Below the pieces are notes generated by a model. The model saw only the letters and a list, made by a program, of their open reading frames with translations, was not told where the DNA came from and searched no databases. Of a stretch of DNA of 64,000 nucleotides, positions 54,390 through 63,441 are shown one piece after another. The position numbers and the translations under genes are program-made. The stretch comes from an uncultured Gemmatimonas sp. Its GTDB lineage: Bacteria; Gemmatimonadota; Gemmatimonadetes; Gemmatimonadales; GWC2-71-9. Within the stretch, counting starts at the first letter, position 1. Each line of letters opens with the position of its first letter. The DNA lies in NCBI GenBank assembly GCA_964535105.1, contig CAZHSO010000001.1, positions 1,779 through 65,778 of the forward strand, written 5' to 3'.

Positions 54390-55995
54390 GCAGCGCCGCG
54401 ATCTCGTCGAATCCACGCCGCTTCGCCCATTCGGCCGGCCGGGCCCACGGCTTGTCTTGGGGCAGTGCGGCGTTCGCGCCGCGCGCGAGCAGCCACTCGA
54501 CCATTTCCTTCTGACCGGCCCGCGCGGCCCACCCCAGGGGTGTGCTGGAAAACTCGTCATCGATGGGATTGATCCCGGCGCCGAACTCGAGGCAGAGGGA
54601 GGCCATTTCGCGATTGCCCTTGAGCGCAAACCGGTGCAAGGGCGTCATGCCGAGCCAGTTACCGCGGCTCGGATCCAGGCCATGGTGGAACAGCCAGCGC
54701 GCGTATTCCGGTGTCCTGGCGCCTCCGAAGATCATCGTGCGAAGGACGTCCGGCTGGTAGCGCAGCGCCAGAGCAACGAGCTGCTCCCGATCGGTGTCCA
54801 GGTATCGATGGATCGGAAGCGCCGGATTCGCCTGGAGCATTTCCTCGATGCTCGCGACGTCGCCCTCGTAGCACGCCATCTCCAGGCCGAGGACGCCGCC
54901 GTGGGACGCCAGCAGGTCCAGGATTTCCCGGGGAGCGCCTCTCGCCCTCCACATGCAGTTACCGGAGGATTCGATCATCGCGTTGGGGTTCGCGCCATGC
55001 TCGAGGAGCAGCTTGACGATTTCCCAGTGCCTGCCGCCGATCGCCTCGTGCAGGGCGCCGCCGTGGGGTGCGACCGGTTCCGGCTGGTTGGGGTCCGCCC
55101 CGCGCTCCAGGAGCAGCTTCACCACCTCCAGGTGTCCGGCACCGGCCGCACAGCGAATCGGCACGCCGTTGTAGTAGCCCGTACTCGGCGGAACCGCGTT
55201 CACCAGCGCCGGATGCTCGTCCAGCATCGCGCGCACGCGCTCCAGGTCGCCGAGCTGCGCCGCGGTGCTGATGTCGTAGTCCGCGCCGCGTGCGAGCAGG
55301 TAGCCGATGACGACTTCATGCCGCCGGAGCGCCTCCCGCGGGACATCCTGCCATCCGCGATACCAGTAGTCGCCGTTGGTGAGATCGAGCGGGCGTGCTC
55401 CATCGGGACGCATGGCGTTGATGTCGCCGCCACGCTGGAGAAGCAGGTCGATCAGGGGTATCTGCCTGGTCATAACGGCCCAGTGAAGCGGCTGGTTGCC
55501 CGAGGCATCCGCGGCGTCGATGAGATCGGGCCTCGCGTCGAGTGTGGCGCGGACCTGATCGAGATCGCGGCCGCGGATCATGGCCGCGAGCGATTCCCCT
55601 TCGGGCACGATCCTGTGCTTTTCCGCGAGCTTTGATTCCAGCGGCGCGAGCACCTCGGCATAGCCACGCTCGCGCGCCACGTCAAACAGCCACTGGTGGC
55701 CCCCGGGGCCTCCGGGCTTGTACACCGGGCGGAACCCGAGGCCGCCGCACATCGGATCCGCACCCTGTTGCAGCAGGAACCTGACGACCTCCCGCCGATT
55801 CTCACGCACGGCGAAGTGGAGGGGCCGGTAGTATTCGAACTCGCAGTCGAGCAGGTTCGGATCTCTTGCGACCAGGGCCGTGATCGTGGCCAGGTCTCCG
55901 TCCGCTGCCGCTCGCAGCATGGCCCACACGTCGGTGCCGCGGCCCCGCGACCACGGCTGATACTCGTCGGACTGGAGCGCTTCGGGCTGGATCAC
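54373..55995 (-). CDS. ankyrin-repeat protein
   Basis: Repeated ANK units (RPLHFAVRENRREVVRFLLQQGADP; NQPLHWAVMTRQIPLIDLLLQRGGDINA; TPLHRFALKGNREMASLCLEFGAGINP). Its 3' end overlaps the convergent ankyrin gene by 17 nt. Confidence 0.85.
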   Translation of the reverse strand: MIQPEALQSDEYQPWSRGRGTDVWAMLRAAADGDLATITALVARDPNLLDCEFEYYRPLHFAVRENRREVVRFLLQQGADPMCGGLGFRPVYKPGGPGGHQWLFDVARERGYAEVLAPLESKLAEKHRIVPEGESLAAMIRGRDLDQVRATLDARPDLIDAADASGNQPLHWAVMTRQIPLIDLLLQRGGDINAMRPDGARPLDLTNGDYWYRGWQDVPREALRRHEVVIGYLLARGADYDISTAAQLGDLERVRAMLDEHPALVNAVPPSTGYYNGVPIRCAAGAGHLEVVKLLLERGADPNQPEPVAPHGGALHEAIGGRHWEIVKLLLEHGANPNAMIESSGNCMWRARGAPREILDLLASHGGVLGLEMACYEGDVASIEEMLQANPALPIHRYLDTDREQLVALALRYQPDVLRTMIFGGARTPEYARWLFHHGLDPSRGNWLGMTPLHRFALKGNREMASLCLEFGAGINPIDDEFSSTPLGWAARAGQKEMVEWLLARGANAALPQDKPWARPAEWAKRRGFDEIAALLSASG

Positions 55996-56345
55996 GCGCG
56001 ACCGTTCCCGTCGGGATCCTCGATCTGGATCTCGTATGCCCAGGAAAAGTTGGTCGGCGAATGCCGCACCCGGGCCCCTCGCTGCCGGAACTCTTCACAG
56101 AGTGACGCCGAGTCCGTGACGCCGACCCAGATCCAGGTCCCGACGTGTCCCTGGTCGCCTTCGCACAGGAAAATGTCGCAGCGATCGCGGGATACGGACG
56201 CGATCACGTGCAAGTCCTGCCATTGCAGCGTGAATCCAAGCACGTTGATGTAGTAGTCGATGCTGGCCTCGAGGCTCTCCACCCGGAAAATCGGGATCGC
56301 CCCGCCAAGCGCGTTCGCCGCCGCGAGCGGCTCGTCTCTTCCCAT
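55992..56345 (-). CDS. VOC-family (glyoxalase/bleomycin-resistance fold) protein
   Basis: ~117 aa beta-alpha-beta-beta-beta pattern (FRVESLEASIDYYINVLGF... EIQIEDPDGN). Stop/start overlap with the upstream ankyrin gene. Confidence 0.7.
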   Translation of the reverse strand: MGRDEPLAAANALGGAIPIFRVESLEASIDYYINVLGFTLQWQDLHVIASVSRDRCDIFLCEGDQGHVGTWIWVGVTDSASLCEEFRQRGARVRHSPTNFSWAYEIQIEDPDGNGRA

Positions 56346-56464
56346 GGCTCGGCCCTCAGCTCGCAGACGGCACCAGTCCCAACCTGCGCAGGTATCTGCG
56401 CGTGAGCTGCGGGGCCACTTCGGCGCCGCCGCCGCGCCGGGGCCACCGTGGCGCGGGGATCGCG

Positions 56465-56998
56465 TTACGGGCGGTACCGCACCCCGTTGATGAGAATCAG
56501 GCCGCCGAGTTCCTCTTCACGAAAGGCGCGCCACCCCTTCGAGGTCGAGCGCGAGACCTCGCGATGTAACTGGGTGGTGATGACCGTGTCGCGGGTGCGG
56601 CCGTCGCGCTCCAACATCAAGCGATCCCAATATTGCCAGCGGAACACGATAGCGCTATCGCCAGCCAACTGGACGCTGTCGATGACGCTCACGATGCGGA
56701 GGGTAGCCGGGATGATGGCCCAATCGCGCAACGCGTTGGCGCGTAGTTGGGCGCGGGTGACCGTTTCGCCGGCTTCGGTCTGGATGGTCAGGCCGTCCGG
56801 GATCGGGGCCATGTAGGCATCAATGTCCTGACGCCGGGTGGCGTCCACCCCCTTCGCGACCTCGCTCGCAATACTGTCCCGGATGACGTCTGCTCGTGGG
56901 CGGGCGGGTGCGACTTGGCATCCGCTTCCAAGCGGCCCCATCATAAGCAGGAGGCTGAGCCGATGGACGAAGCTCGTACGGTGACCTCTCACCGGCAC
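56465..56998 (-). CDS. secreted SnoaL-like/NTF2-fold (DUF4440-like) protein
   Basis: Signal/lipobox-like N-terminus (LLLMMGPLGSGC), then an NTF2-like pattern of ~130 aa. Family call is weak. Confidence 0.45.
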   Translation of the reverse strand: MPVRGHRTSFVHRLSLLLMMGPLGSGCQVAPARPRADVIRDSIASEVAKGVDATRRQDIDAYMAPIPDGLTIQTEAGETVTRAQLRANALRDWAIIPATLRIVSVIDSVQLAGDSAIVFRWQYWDRLMLERDGRTRDTVITTQLHREVSRSTSKGWRAFREEELGGLILINGVRYRP

Positions 56999-57077
56999 CT
57001 GTGGTTGGGTGATGACCCTTAGAGCACACTCTCTTGGGAAGGGTTGCTTACGTTTCGGTGTTGTCTCAGAGCGCCGG

Positions 57078-57458
57078 TTATGCAGTCACCTGCTCCGCCA
57101 GCGAGAGCAGATTGCCATCGGGGTCTTTGAACCACGCTACCTTGGTTCCCCCCGGTGCAGCCCAGATGCCCGCAGCATCTTGCTGCATGAAGGAGTAGCG
57201 CTCGAAGCTGATGCCGGCCTGGGACAACGCGGCAACCATCGAGGTGATGTCCGCGACCTGCCAGCCCAGCGCCGTGAATGGAGGTGGATGCACCGCTTCG
57301 ACCTTCTGAATCCGGAGCTGGGTCCCATTGGAGTCAAAGGTCAGGGCGAACTGATCGTCAGAAAGCAGACGAAGGCCGAGGACCCGTTCGTAGAAGGTCT
57401 TGGCCCGCGGTGCGTCAGCGGTAGCAACAAATGCAGTCAGGCGGGCAGTTCCGAGCAT
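57078..57458 (-). CDS. VOC-family (glyoxalase-fold) protein
   Basis: Motifs AKTFYERVLGL and FKDPDGNLLSL. Confidence 0.75.
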   Translation of the reverse strand: MLGTARLTAFVATADAPRAKTFYERVLGLRLLSDDQFALTFDSNGTQLRIQKVEAVHPPPFTALGWQVADITSMVAALSQAGISFERYSFMQQDAAGIWAAPGGTKVAWFKDPDGNLLSLAEQVTA

Positions 57459-57628
57459 GGAGGTCTGATGTCAGGTGGCAGCGCTAGAGCTACTCTCTTG
57501 GCAGCCGGCGGTCAAGGCAACCTGACGTGACGCCTCGGCGCAGCCGCCGCCATCCAATCCAACCAAAGATACCCGGCGGCGATCGCTCGAGGAACGCGAT
57601 GCCATCTGCGCAGCTGAGGACTCAGGTG

Positions 57629-58102
57629 TCACGGCCAGCGCCGTGGTGCTCGACAGATTGGGCAGGGTCCCATCTGAGGCTGGCGTCCGTAAACGACCGT
57701 GATGGGACCCAAGGCAACCACCTTCTTTTCGACAGTATCATTCACTGCAATCGCGAGAGTGAGGGTACGGCCTGCGACCCGGCCACTGAACTGGGCGGGC
57801 AGCGGAGGCCCGACTTGGACCGGATACGCCCGCAAGACGTAGCTCCCGTCGATCGTAAACCGCCCATTCGCATCGAGTTGAATATTCCCGGGCATGTCCC
57901 CGAACGTACAGCCGACGTGGACGTGGGCCGCGGAGTCCGTGACAATGACGCCCGAGTTGTCTCCACCCCAAGTGCCGAGTGCCAGTACGTTGTCCGATGG
58001 CGGAAGCAACGATGACTCGAAACAGGAGCTGACGGGCAGTCCCAGGAGGGCGAGGCAGATTTGTGCGGGGCGCGCGCGACGGGTGGAAAAGAGGAACGGC
58101 AT
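57629..58102 (-). CDS. hypothetical lipoprotein
   Basis: ATG 58102 gives MPFLFSTRRARPAQICLALLGLPVSSC (a lipobox). No family recognised. Confidence 0.5.
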   Translation of the reverse strand: MPFLFSTRRARPAQICLALLGLPVSSCFESSLLPPSDNVLALGTWGGDNSGVIVTDSAAHVHVGCTFGDMPGNIQLDANGRFTIDGSYVLRAYPVQVGPPLPAQFSGRVAGRTLTLAIAVNDTVEKKVVALGPITVVYGRQPQMGPCPICRAPRRWP

Positions 58103-58302
58103 AGTTGGTTTGCCTGTCTCGAACCAAGATAGCACGCTTCGCGCGCGGGGATGTAACGGGCCCGCGGCTCAGAGGCGGGCAGAAAGTCAAACGGGCAATC
58201 GCCGCGCCGGCAGGTGTGGGATGTTGCCTGACGGACTGCGCTTCTGCTGCGGGGGCCTGCGGCGGCCGACGCGTTTAGGACCCCGGCAGCAGCAAGCGCG
58301 GG

Positions 58303-58548
58303 TTAGGTGGTGCCTGTAACGTCCGCCAAGAAGACACGTGCCGCGTCGAGGTCGAACGACGGCACGAGAACTCTTGTCCCTTGGGTCGTGGGACCCTGAA
58401 AACTGGCTCCGAAGATGCCGACAGCCTCGCCGGAATCCGTGCGTGCAAGGAACCCGGCACTTTGAAGCTGTGCCGCTATCATCTCGGCCTCGTATGCCGC
58501 CGGGTAAACGGCAAGCACCACCCAACGGTCTGGTTCGTTCATCAACAC
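58303..58548 (-). CDS. DUF2007-like small protein
   Basis: 81 aa. VVLAVYPAAYEAEMIAAQLQSAGF fits the ferredoxin-like putative signal-transducing fold. Recognised by recollection only. Confidence 0.45.
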   Translation of the reverse strand: MLMNEPDRWVVLAVYPAAYEAEMIAAQLQSAGFLARTDSGEAVGIFGASFQGPTTQGTRVLVPSFDLDAARVFLADVTGTT

Positions 58549-58826
58549 CTAGATCGCTGAGATGCTAGTGGCAACCACCTAACTATTGCTTAAGCCGAAA
58601 CAGACTCTACCGCTTTCCCGATATTGCAGCAATGGTCCGCGGCATCTCTCCAGATCACCATGACCACCAGATTGGGACGAAGTTGCTGCAACAGCCCGAG
58701 TTGGATGCAGCAGGGCGCATTATTCCCCGGATATCACTGCAGCGGGACGCCGCATAAGCCAAATACTTTCGCAGGGGGCGCACGCTTTTCAGCCTCGCGC
58801 ACGGGGCCCGCGCCCAGGCGCCCGGG

Positions 58827-59345
58827 TTACCCCGACAGGCGCAGCACCACCACCTGGTCCACCTCACCAGAACCGCGTGGCGGCAAGCTGAGCGTCACCC
58901 CGCCCGCGCCGATTGCCGGAACGGCACGGATGATCCTGTGGCAAGCAAGGTCGCGGCCCTGCAGGCACGGGGCAGGGCAGCCAGCGACAGCTCGGGATCC
59001 TCCCAGTCCAGCGCGTGCACAAAGACCGAGTCCCCCCGCTCTGTCGTCACTCCCCACGGCCTGGGCCAAATCGGCCCGCCCCGAGTTCCGCAAACCGACC
59101 CGCCCTACCGCTCCATGCAGCGCCCGACCACCCGCAGCGTGCCCACGAACTCCGGCTGAATGGTTCCATCGGGCCGGGGTCCCACATTGAGCAGATAGTT
59201 CCCGTTCCGCCCCGCCGCGCTCACCAGCTCGCGGATCAGCGACGCCGAGCTGTGGAACTCGCGGTCCTGCAGTCTGAGGCCTCACGAACTGTTCATCGTC
59301 TGCGCCGTTTCCAGCGGGAGCGCATGGTCAAGAGGATAGTGCATA
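58827..59345 (-). pseudogene. decayed GH29 alpha-L-fucosidase gene (3' two-thirds, 5' part missing)
   Basis: Minus-strand translation: ...PLETAQTMNSS*GLRLQDREFHSSASLIRELVSAAGRNGNYLLNVGPRPDGTIQPEFVGTLRVVGRCMER*GGSVCGTRGGPIWPRPWGVTTERGDSVFVHALDW..., then a frameshift into VTLSLPPRGSGEVDQVVVLRLSG*. GNYLLNVGPRPDGTI matches the GH29 GGNLLLNVGP..DG.I motif. The fragment carries two in-frame stops and one frameshift. Confidence 0.65.
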
Positions 59346-59353
59346 TTGGGCGC

Positions 59354-61534
59354 ATGCGCATTTTCCTCCTGCTCCTCGCGGTCGCCGCCGGCTCCGCATC
59401 GGCCCAGGCCCGCTCCGACGATCTCCCCCTGGTGCCGTACCCGGCTCAGGTCACCCGGGGCACGGGAAGCTTTGCTCCCGCAGGCGCGATTGTCGTCGCC
59501 GTTGTACCCGGCCACACGGCCGAGCTCGAGAGCCTGAGACGCCTCGCCGCCCTGATCCTGACCGAAAGCCTCGGCCCGGGCGTGCGCACCGCCGCCGCAC
59601 CCAACGCCACCGTCCTCCTCCGCCTCACCGGCTCGAGCAATGCCCGCGCCGAATCGTACCGGCTCGAGATCACCCCGGAGCGCATTCACCTCGAAGCGCC
59701 GAGGCCGGCCGGTCTCTTCTACGGACTCCAGACCCTCCGCCAGCTCGCCGCCGGCGACGGCTCGCTCCCCGTCGTCACGATCGCGGACGCGCCGCGTTTT
59801 GCCTGGCGCGGGCTGCACCTCGACGTCGGCCGGCACTTCTTCGACGTGATGTTCGTCAAGCGCTACATCGACCTGATGTCGCGCTTCAAGCTCAACACCT
59901 TCCACTGGCACCTGACCGAGGACCAGGGCTGGCGCATCGCCATTGCAGGCTATTCCCGGCTGACCTCGGTGGGAGCGTGCCGCAAGGAGACCATCCTCGA
60001 GAAGAACTTCTCTCCCTACATCGGCGACAAGACCCCGCACTGCGGCTACTACACCCAGACGCAAATTCGCGAAGTCGTGGCGTACGCCCGGGAGCGCTAC
60101 GTCACCGTCGTCCCCGAGATTGAAATGCCGGGGCACTCGCAGGCCGCGATCGCCGCCTACCCCTGGCTGGCCTGCACCGCCGGGCCCTTCGAGGTCTCGA
60201 CAACCTGGGGTGTGGACGAGGACATTTTCTGCCCCTCCGAGCGCACCTTCCGCTTCGTGGACAACGTGCTCTCCGAAGTAGTGAAGCTCTTTCCCGGCCC
60301 CTACGTGCACATCGGCGGCGACGAGGCGCCCAAGAGCCGCTGGAAGGCGAGCCCGCTCGCGCAGTCGGCGATCAGACGGGAACGCCTCAAGAACGAGGAC
60401 GAGCTGCAAAGCTATTTCATCCGCCGGGTGGAGCGGATGCTCAACGCGAAGGGGCGGCGGCTGATCGGCTGGGACGAGATTCTGGAAGGCGGCCTGGCCC
60501 CCCGGGCGATGGTGATGTCGTGGCGTGGCATGGGCGGTGGGATCGCCGCGGCCCAGGAGGGCCACGACGTGATCATGAGCCCGACCTCGCACGCCTACTT
60601 CGACTTCTACCAGGGCGACGGGCGTTTCGAGCCGCTGGCCATCGGTGGGCTGCTGCCGCTCGACCTGGTCTATGCCTTCGAGCCGGTGCCCGACACCATC
60701 CCGGCCGCAACCGCCCGGCACGTCATCGGGGTGCAGGGCAACGTCTGGACCGAATACCTGAAGACCCCGCAGTCGGTCGAATACATGGTATACCCGCGGG
60801 CGCTGGCGCTCGCCGAGGTGGCCTGGTCTCCGCGCGATGCGAGGAATTGGGACAGCTTCGTGACCCGGCTCCCCGCCCAGCTCCGCGCACTCGACCGGCT
60901 CCGGGTCGCGTACCGGATTCCGCACGTCGAGGGACTCGATGCGGACCAGCTGACCCTGAACGACAGCGTGACGGTGTGGCTCAGCACTCTGCTTGGCGGT
61001 ACCATCATCCGGTACACCACCGACGGCTCCGATCCGACGACGGCGAGTCCGAAATACGAAACGCCGCTCGCCCTCCAGGTGACCTCCACCGGCACCCGCG
61101 TCACCGCACGGGTGTTCCTCGGCGACGGGCGAGTCAGCGCGCCCCGCGCCGCGACCTACGCGCGGACGACGCTGCGGACGCCCGACACGGTGGCCGAGGG
61201 AGGGCTCGCTCCGGGGCTCCGCGCCACCTACGGCGAGGCATCGCTCCGAGCCTTTCGAGGATACATCAAGGTGCCCGGCGACGGCCTCTACACCTTCGTG
61301 CTGCGCTCCGACGACAGAAGCCGACTCTCGATTGGAGGCAAGGTCGTGATCGATCACGACGGGCCGCACGGCGCCGAGGACAAACGCGGGATGATCGCGC
61401 TCGGCGCGGGGTATCACCCCATCGAGGTCAGGTATTTCCAGGCGGGCGGCGGGGCGGAGCTGGCGCTTCTGGTGCAGGAGGGCGAGGCCGCAGCGCGCGA
61501 GGTGCCGGCGTCATGGTTCTTTCATGCGCGGTGA
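59354..61534 (+). CDS. secreted GH20 beta-N-acetylhexosaminidase with C-terminal PA14-like domain
   Basis: ATG 59354 gives the signal peptide MRIFLLLLAVAAGSASAQ. Motifs RGLHLDVGRHF, FHWHLTEDQGWR and HIGGDE (catalytic D-E). The tail GDGLYTFVLRSDDRSRLSIGGKVVIDHDG...HPIEVRYFQAGG is PA14-like. Confidence 0.88.
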   Translation: MRIFLLLLAVAAGSASAQARSDDLPLVPYPAQVTRGTGSFAPAGAIVVAVVPGHTAELESLRRLAALILTESLGPGVRTAAAPNATVLLRLTGSSNARAESYRLEITPERIHLEAPRPAGLFYGLQTLRQLAAGDGSLPVVTIADAPRFAWRGLHLDVGRHFFDVMFVKRYIDLMSRFKLNTFHWHLTEDQGWRIAIAGYSRLTSVGACRKETILEKNFSPYIGDKTPHCGYYTQTQIREVVAYARERYVTVVPEIEMPGHSQAAIAAYPWLACTAGPFEVSTTWGVDEDIFCPSERTFRFVDNVLSEVVKLFPGPYVHIGGDEAPKSRWKASPLAQSAIRRERLKNEDELQSYFIRRVERMLNAKGRRLIGWDEILEGGLAPRAMVMSWRGMGGGIAAAQEGHDVIMSPTSHAYFDFYQGDGRFEPLAIGGLLPLDLVYAFEPVPDTIPAATARHVIGVQGNVWTEYLKTPQSVEYMVYPRALALAEVAWSPRDARNWDSFVTRLPAQLRALDRLRVAYRIPHVEGLDADQLTLNDSVTVWLSTLLGGTIIRYTTDGSDPTTASPKYETPLALQVTSTGTRVTARVFLGDGRVSAPRAATYARTTLRTPDTVAEGGLAPGLRATYGEASLRAFRGYIKVPGDGLYTFVLRSDDRSRLSIGGKVVIDHDGPHGAEDKRGMIALGAGYHPIEVRYFQAGGGAELALLVQEGEAAAREVPASWFFHAR

Positions 61535-61541
61535 GGCCCGG

Positions 61542-62792
61542 CTAAACCTCGCCCCTCGCGGCGGCCACCGCACGGACCGCCCGGTCCACGTCGGTCATTG
61601 TGTTGTAGATATGCGGGCAGAGCCGGAGCCCTCCGGTCGGCGCGGCGGCCACCTGGTGTCCGTGATAGAGCCGGTCGTGGAGCTTCTGATGGTCCAGCCC
61701 CTCGAACCGCCCCACCACCACGCCGAGCGAGCATCCGGGCGCGGTGGGCGTCACCAGCCGGTAGCCCGGAATCTCCCGGAGCCCGGCGGTGAGACGCGCC
61801 GCGAGCGCCTCCACCCGCGCTTGGATCTTCTCGATCCCGATCCGCTCCACGAACGCGATCGCCGCGCCGAACCCCGCCATCACCCCCTCGTTGCGCTGGC
61901 CGAGCATGTCGAGCTTCTTCGCGCTCCCGGGACCCGGATCGGCAGGGTCGCTGAAGCCCCGGCTGATCACAGATGGCTGGACGTTTGGAATCAGATCCTT
62001 GCGAATGAACAGGACGCCGCCTTCGCGCGGACCCATCAGCCACTTCTGGGTGCTAGCGGTGTAGGAGCCGGCGCCCAGCTCCCGCATCGAGAGGCGCATC
62101 ACACCCAGGCTCTGGGCGCCGTCAATGTGGACGTGGATCCCGCGCTCCCGGCCCAGCCGGCAGAGCTCGGGGGCGGGGAGCCGCATCCCGCTCGAGTTGG
62201 AGACGTCGGAAAAGGCCAGCACCCGGGTGCGCGCGGTGATCGCCCCCGTCACCGCGGCCACCAGCTCATCGCCGCCGGACGGATTAGCGGGAAGGGCGAC
62301 GCGCGTCACCGTGAATCCGCGGCGGGCCGCCTGCGCTTCCCAGGCGAGGGCGTTGCTGGCATGGTTCTGATCGGTGATCAGCACCTCATCGCCGGCGCTG
62401 AGTGCCAGACCGGCGACCATGATGTTGTTGCCTTCGGAGGCGTTTCGGATGATGGCGAATTCGTCGGGGCTGCCGTCGAGAAACCGGGCCAGGGCGGATC
62501 GAACCGTCTCCCGGAGGGCATTGTACTGGGCCCGGTTGTGGAACGAGACGTCGGCATCCACCGACCGGTTCGCACGCTCCACTGCCGAACTGACGGAGCG
62601 GGGCGGGGGACACATGTTGGCCGCGTTCATCGGGATCAGGCGGCTGCCGAAGGTGAACTCGGCCTGCAGGGTGCGCCACGCGGATTCACCGTCTTGCATC
62701 TCGACCGTCCGGAGCAGGGGAAGTGCGGCGTATGCGGACGAGGCGCCGGCGAGGGTGCCGAGGAATTCCCGCCGGGAAGGAGGGCCGCTCAT
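61542..62792 (-). CDS. Tat-signal aminotransferase class V-fold PLP-dependent enzyme
   Basis: N-terminus SRREFLGTLAGASSAYA (a twin-arginine motif). Class V pattern with the Lys in ASTQKWLMGP. Confidence 0.8.
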   Translation of the reverse strand: MSGPPSRREFLGTLAGASSAYAALPLLRTVEMQDGESAWRTLQAEFTFGSRLIPMNAANMCPPPRSVSSAVERANRSVDADVSFHNRAQYNALRETVRSALARFLDGSPDEFAIIRNASEGNNIMVAGLALSAGDEVLITDQNHASNALAWEAQAARRGFTVTRVALPANPSGGDELVAAVTGAITARTRVLAFSDVSNSSGMRLPAPELCRLGRERGIHVHIDGAQSLGVMRLSMRELGAGSYTASTQKWLMGPREGGVLFIRKDLIPNVQPSVISRGFSDPADPGPGSAKKLDMLGQRNEGVMAGFGAAIAFVERIGIEKIQARVEALAARLTAGLREIPGYRLVTPTAPGCSLGVVVGRFEGLDHQKLHDRLYHGHQVAAAPTGGLRLCPHIYNTMTDVDRAVRAVAAARGEV

Positions 62793-63382
62793 GGGGGCCC
62801 CCCGACCGTCCGCGAGACGATGGTGATGGGCGTCGGGTAACTGATCCGGCCGAGCGGCGTATCGATGGTGGGCACGCCGCGCAGCGAAATCCTGGTCGGA
62901 TCGCTGGAGAGTCCAGCCACCGAAGCTGCGAGATCCACCAGCCGCTCTGCCGGCCCGTCGAAGAATTCATAGAGGTTGAGCCGCATCCGCATCGGGAAGG
63001 TCGTCGGTTGGCCGGGGGGGAAGGCGAGCGTCGTGTCGAGGGTGCCCGAGATAGTCTCCTTGTCGTTCAGGAAGAGCGACCAGGCCAGCCTGACCATTGT
63101 CGCGGTCACATTGTTAACGGCGGGGTTTTCCCCGCGCACATCAAGCTGGAATTCGAACGGAAGGTCATTGCGCGCGACGGCGAATCCGATCCGCCCGATG
63201 TCCAGGGCGCTCAAATCGCGATAGGAGCGGATCCGGCTCAGGTCCACGCCGGCCAGACGGGCATTGCGGGTGCCGGCCAGAGAAAAGGCCACTTGCCGGA
63301 GCGCCGCGATCTGTTGAAGGGCCGCGCAGCCGGCAACGCCGGCTAGCACGACGAGTACGAAATACGTCGATTTCCGGTGCAC
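62789..63382 (-). CDS. LEA type-2 (WHy-like) lipoprotein
   Basis: GTG 63382 gives VHRKSTYFVLVVLAGVAGC (a lipobox). The body (FEFQLDVRGENP..., LAWSLFLNDKETISG..., FPMRMRLNLYE) resembles LEA_2 beta-sandwich proteins. Stop/start overlap with the downstream PLP gene. Confidence 0.5.
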   Translation of the reverse strand: MHRKSTYFVLVVLAGVAGCAALQQIAALRQVAFSLAGTRNARLAGVDLSRIRSYRDLSALDIGRIGFAVARNDLPFEFQLDVRGENPAVNNVTATMVRLAWSLFLNDKETISGTLDTTLAFPPGQPTTFPMRMRLNLYEFFDGPAERLVDLAASVAGLSSDPTRISLRGVPTIDTPLGRISYPTPITIVSRTVGGPP

Positions 63383-63441
63383 AGGCGGCTCCTGGTGCCT
63401 GGTGTGCCCGGATAATAGCTGCCAACCGGTCGGCGGCGGGG

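Noticed and set aside
58549-58826. Possible ncRNA in the lower-GC spacer after the DUF2007 gene (9-bp inverted repeat ttgcagcaa / ttgctgcaa at 58625-58633 and 58682-58690)
   Set aside because: It is a single short inverted repeat with no recognisable RNA-family motifs. It is more likely leftover 3' flank of the decayed fucosidase locus.
59282-61417. 711-aa minus-strand ORF
   Set aside because: It lies antisense to the GH20 hexosaminidase, has an Arg/Gly/Pro-biased composition and shows no motifs. The same reasoning rejects these antisense ORFs: 5825..7285, 5971..7116, 7120..8430, 8570..9634, 9631..10794, 22216..23817, 27361..28482, 28479..29744, 31517..33913, 40373..41863, 41524..42762, 43425..44891, 46143..47693, 52452..53642 and 61524..62840.
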